A DNA stretch of 64,000 bases from the human T2T-CHM13v2.0 reference genome, Homo sapiens: the NCBI RefSeq assembly GCF_009914755.1, contig NC_060928.1; one strand, given 5' to 3'. The notes beneath the pieces were generated by a model. That model was not told the DNA's origin, did not search any database, and saw nothing but the letters and a program-made list of their open reading frames with translations. The translations under genes were made by a program, and so were the position numbers. Positions 53,362 through 64,000 of this stretch are shown one piece after another; position 1 is the stretch's first letter, and every line of letters begins with the position of its first letter.

Positions 53362-56300
53362 GGTTATAATCCAACATCTGCTACTTACAAAACTATGTAA
53401 ATTGAAGTAAATTATTTTATATCTATAAGTTAGTGGATTGGGGCTAGGTTATTTGTAAAGCTCTTGCTAAATTTGAAATTATTTGACATTTATGGAATGA
53501 TATATAAAGCTTTTTACTTCTTTAAGTCTATTCATAAGACTTCTATTCATAAGACTATTCAAGACCAGTTTTTTTTTTCATTACAAATGGTTCTAAATGC
53601 AAGTTTAGCATAAATGTATGCATTAACTGCTTTGAAATGTGCAAAATTAAAGTTTTAATTGACACTTGGGACAAAATATTTAAGACATTATGACCATAGA
53701 TTTAAAAGTAAAGAAACTAAAAGTGCTTTTATTAATTTCTTTAGAATTGAATATGTTAAATGAAGGGCTTTGAAATCACTACATGTGGCTTTAAAAATAT
53801 TTTATGGCTTTAAATTCAACCTATGCTTGTATTCCTTATCTGTACATTGAATTAAATAGTTGGCAGGGAATACTAGTTTCTAAGGAAATTAATGATTTTA
53901 GTTTTCAGTATGATGTATTTCCAGGTGTCCATGAGCCAGTTCTGTAGGGATTTTGAAAATAATGGGTATTAAATTAAATAGAATATTTAGCCACAGATTT
54001 GGACATTATCTACAGAGAGAAAATTGCATAAGTGCATGAATTGTCTCAAAAGTGTTAGTGTAGATATAGAAGGGTAGTGAAGAAAATGCAGATAGCATTT
54101 CTGACTGTCTCTGCTGGTCAGCTGTTCCCTGGGTCTGTCAAGAGGTACAACTATATGGTCTTTCAAGAGGACAACTATATGGACCAATTTCTATATGGTC
54201 TTGCCATACAGAAATTGGGTTTGCTACCCTCCCTAAAAAAAAAAAAAATCTTCACAGAGTATATGGATATTTGAACTATTTCTTTTTAATGCAAGAGTAC
54301 TTGTTTCAGCTCTTGTCAAGGCTAGAAAGCTCCATGGCTCAGTGCTGAGTTTGGTAAACACAGACTGTGTGGAGAAAGATTTTTGCCTTTTGGAATTTTA
54401 TACTTTTGTTGTTATTCCAGTTCTGAGGGGGTGGGATAATATGTTAATTCATTATTTAAGTTTCCCTGCACCCCAGCTTAGATGATCTGATTCTACTACA
54501 AATATGATACTACCAGCTCTCTATAGTGCCGCATTAATTTTGAAAATATCAAGAGATTTGATAGGTGATTAAGTGACTTGAGCTGATGAAAACTTCCTCA
54601 CTCTTATAGGTATATGGAGAAGCAAGAATATTGGAAACATATTCATCTGTGTATTTTTGGCAGTTTACGGAAATTAGTATAAATGTAGATGGCAACACCT
54701 GGTGCTTAAAAGTACTAGAGAACTTATCACATTCTCTTTAATTATGGTTATGTGTATGTTTCTTCCTTATTTGGTTATAAAATCCTTGAGGTAAGGACCT
54801 GTGCTCTATTTATCATATATTTGCCAGAGTTCTTAATATAGTCTGTGGCTCATAGTATTAACTCAATAAATATTTCCTTACTGGTTATTAATTGTAATGC
54901 AAATGGAAAAATATTTGTGATTTATAGAATACCACCTATGAAAGAATGAAGTTGCTGCAAAAATATTGTGATGATTATATTGGCATATCACTTCAAGCCG
55001 ATTGAGCAAATAAAGGCAAAGAAAATGAGTGTGTGTGTATACGCATACATGTTCTTTCACAGACCTGAATCTTGGTAAAAATAATTAGGCGCATTGCTAC
55101 CACCTGCACCCTTAGGAAACAAGGGTGTTTTGTTTTGTTCTGTTTTCGCCTAGTCTAACTTGCATTATACTAACAGGCTAAAGTTCACATTTCAGTTGTT
55201 TGCTTCTGGGCTTTGTAGAAGCTGCTCACTAATCCCCTTGGGATTGTGGAAAGGGAAAAGAGGTGAGTGCCTTGCGTCATTCTGTGGCAGCCTCAGGGAT
55301 TCATTCAAGAGCCTTAGTGGCTTGATGTGGTGAGAGTGATGAACAACCTTCATCACTGGAAAGACATTATTATTATAGCATTTCATTTCCTTCCTTCCGC
55401 AAGCATTTACTATGCACCTACTGTGTGTACATAAATGACTGCATCCAGACCCATGATAGAAATCTGAAGATTTAACTCCTACTTGGGAAGAAATTACAAA
55501 TGAATAGATAAAATATAAGAAGCAAAGAGACCAATACTGATTTCAATAATCTTTGAAGTGTGCAGGATGCTTGTTGTAATAGAATTTCCATGTATGATGT
55601 ACTCTAAATTTCTAATAGTACACTTTACATTTCCTCATGTCTTCATTGCTGTGCCCTTAGTAATTATTGAGAAAAGCAGAAAGATCTTTTTATCATCCAG
55701 TATAATTTTTGTTAGCCTATGGAAATATTATTTTCACCTTTCATAACCTAACTTTAGAGTGTGTAATACAATGTCTGTGTTTCAAATGAAGGTGGTGTGT
55801 TCTACCACATGCATATAAAATAAGGAAAGGATCATTTTGGTTCTCTGAGTAGATTACTTATTTGATATCATTCAATCTGTTTTATAACATGAAATAATCA
55901 ACAAGCTAAAATGAAATATTTGATAGAATTGGTGATCTCTTCCCTTAGGAGTGATCTTGGAATCAGAAGGCATACCTTAATTTATACAAAGATCACCAGT
56001 TTATACTGCATGTGAGGAAGGAAGGCAGTCAGATATGCGTGACTGCATCTAGACAGAAAAAGTCTTGCATTTATAGCCAGAGCAGCTTTCTGCTTTATCT
56101 TCAAAGTTAGAATAAAAGCTTGTATGACTTGGAGTGGGAAAAAACTTTATCAGCAAGATCATTAATAACTTGGGACTCAGCTTTTCAAGTTACAATTAGC
56201 TGCTCAACAGCTGTGACCTTCAAGAGCTACTCATTATTGTTGGTCCTGATTGTTCACTCCCACTGTAGAGCTCTTTTCAGAAATAGTTTCTCTGACATCA

Positions 56301-56371
56301 TTGACCCCAGGGGTCAGAGTGAGAAATGAGTCTTCAAGTACTCATTTGTAAGTCTTGTTTCTGCAGGATGC

Positions 56372-56380
56372 TGCATGCGC

Positions 56381-56424
<44 letters not shown>
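56372..56424. repeat. (GC)9(GT)15 alternating purine-pyrimidine tract
   Basis: Direct inspection. Confidence 0.95.
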
Positions 56425-56426
<2 letters not shown>

Positions 56427-57735
56427 AAGGAATTCAACTGATGGCTAATGCCTCATTGTAAATCCAGCTGTTTGGTCAGATCCCAATTAGGATGATGCCT
56501 GTTAGATGAAGAGGCACTCCTGGGAGCAGCCAAGGGATTCAGTGGCCTCAAATACAGAGTAAAACCGATAGTAACACCAGCTCTGTTTTATTTAGATGTT
56601 TAAAAAAAAAAAAAGTTCTCAACACACATGCTTGCCAAACTCTGCCATGCACTGTGTAGCATCTCAGCGGATCAGCAGGGATTTTAAACCTGCTATGTGT
56701 TTGGCATACACTGCAACCCAAAGAGAAAGTGGGATTAGAGAAACTGTAGTGAAGTATGAAATGAAAGCTCAGTTGGAAAAGGAGGACTGGATTATGTTCA
56801 GCTTCTTTCTTTTAGATATTAAGAACATGGGACTCTTTGGAAAAAGGGATTTACTTCCCAGGACAAGGTGTAGTGCATAATCTCTACATTCTGAAAGCAG
56901 CCTTAATTAGGGAAAAATCTATCTGCCATAAAACAAAAGAATAAGCAAATTGACAGGAAAGTTGATAGAATTTTGATAAGGACGTTTCTGGCCAATGAAG
57001 ACCCAGAATTAAATCTTATACTCTGTGGGAGTCTTTTCAGTAAAATGTATATATGATGAAGTTTTTCAGCATGCACCCTTGGCAGTTTCAACCTAAGATC
57101 TCAAAGGTTGAAATCATTGTGATGTGGCAAGTGGGATCTCTGTAGGAAGAGGTAGACTGGTTTTAGCTCTGACTCACTTCCAAACCACGGGAATTAGGAC
57201 AGCACCTCTGGGCTGTGTGTATGAGTCCTCATTTGTGAAAACAAAGGAACTAGGTTAGACTTGGACAATATATATTTCCTGGGAAACTGGGCTAGATTGT
57301 AATCTCTCTGAGAGCATTTGTATTTTTTTTTATCACCTTCATTGTAACTATTTTCACTAGTTTCACCATTACTTAACTCAGTAACTAGAAGATAAACCAT
57401 TGAATAAAATCTAAATAAATTTCAGAGATCCCTTTCTTTGTTCTCTGACCTTAGCCTCTGTATCATAGCATGCTTAATTGTTTATTATGTCTATTGTAAA
57501 ATGGTTAGGTTGTCTATTTTCTATTCTTTGAAATGACCACATGGAGTAATTTTCTAATATTATGATTTCTAAAGCATAGCTTTGCACTCAAATGTCTGAT
57601 GAGGTTCTCCTAATAAATAACTTATTACTCGTGAAATGGACACTCTTTTTGAAATTTTAGCGTAAAAAATATGCAAATTAATAACAATGACATCAATAAG
57701 TAACTTAGTGAAAAAGTGCTATATACTAGGTACAT

Positions 57736-63890
<6,155 letters not shown>

Positions 63891-63899
63891 AAAAAAATA

Positions 63900-64000
63900 A
63901 TGCCAGGTACATTTTTCAGCACTATGCATGTATTAACTCATAACCAACCTATGATGTAAGTACCACTACTACCCCTTTTACAAATAAAGAAATTAAATAA
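63900..64000 (-). mobile_element. MIR (host of the large L1; other part ~57680-57735)
   Basis: tgccaggtac...catgtattaactcat...aacctatga...cccttttacaaataaagaaa. Confidence 0.65.

Overview
Human (primate) AT-rich genomic DNA from the 5' part of ADGRL3 (latrophilin-3/LPHN3), transcribed on the + strand. Two exons are visible. One is the start-codon exon (20946-21173; signal peptide MWPSQLLIFMMLLAPIIH-), and the other is the 204-nt cassette exon (41138-41341) that adds a 68-aa G/A/R/P-rich N-terminal insert. The rest is intron filled with Alu, L1, THE1, MIR, L2 and MER94 elements and microsatellites. Main finding: read in its other frame, the cassette exon is a gap-free match to residues 1-64 of INTS15 (C7orf26) as I recall that protein. 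It looks like a captured first exon of an unrelated Integrator gene, now used frameshifted. Splicing also puts an ATG in front of the still-open INTS15 frame. Secondary findings are tight inverted Alus around the start-codon exon (circRNA/editing architecture), a fossil template-switch insertion, a local ~180-bp duplication and several nested transposon histories. Gene and repeat identities come from recognition of the sequence, not from database searches, and repeat boundaries are approximate.
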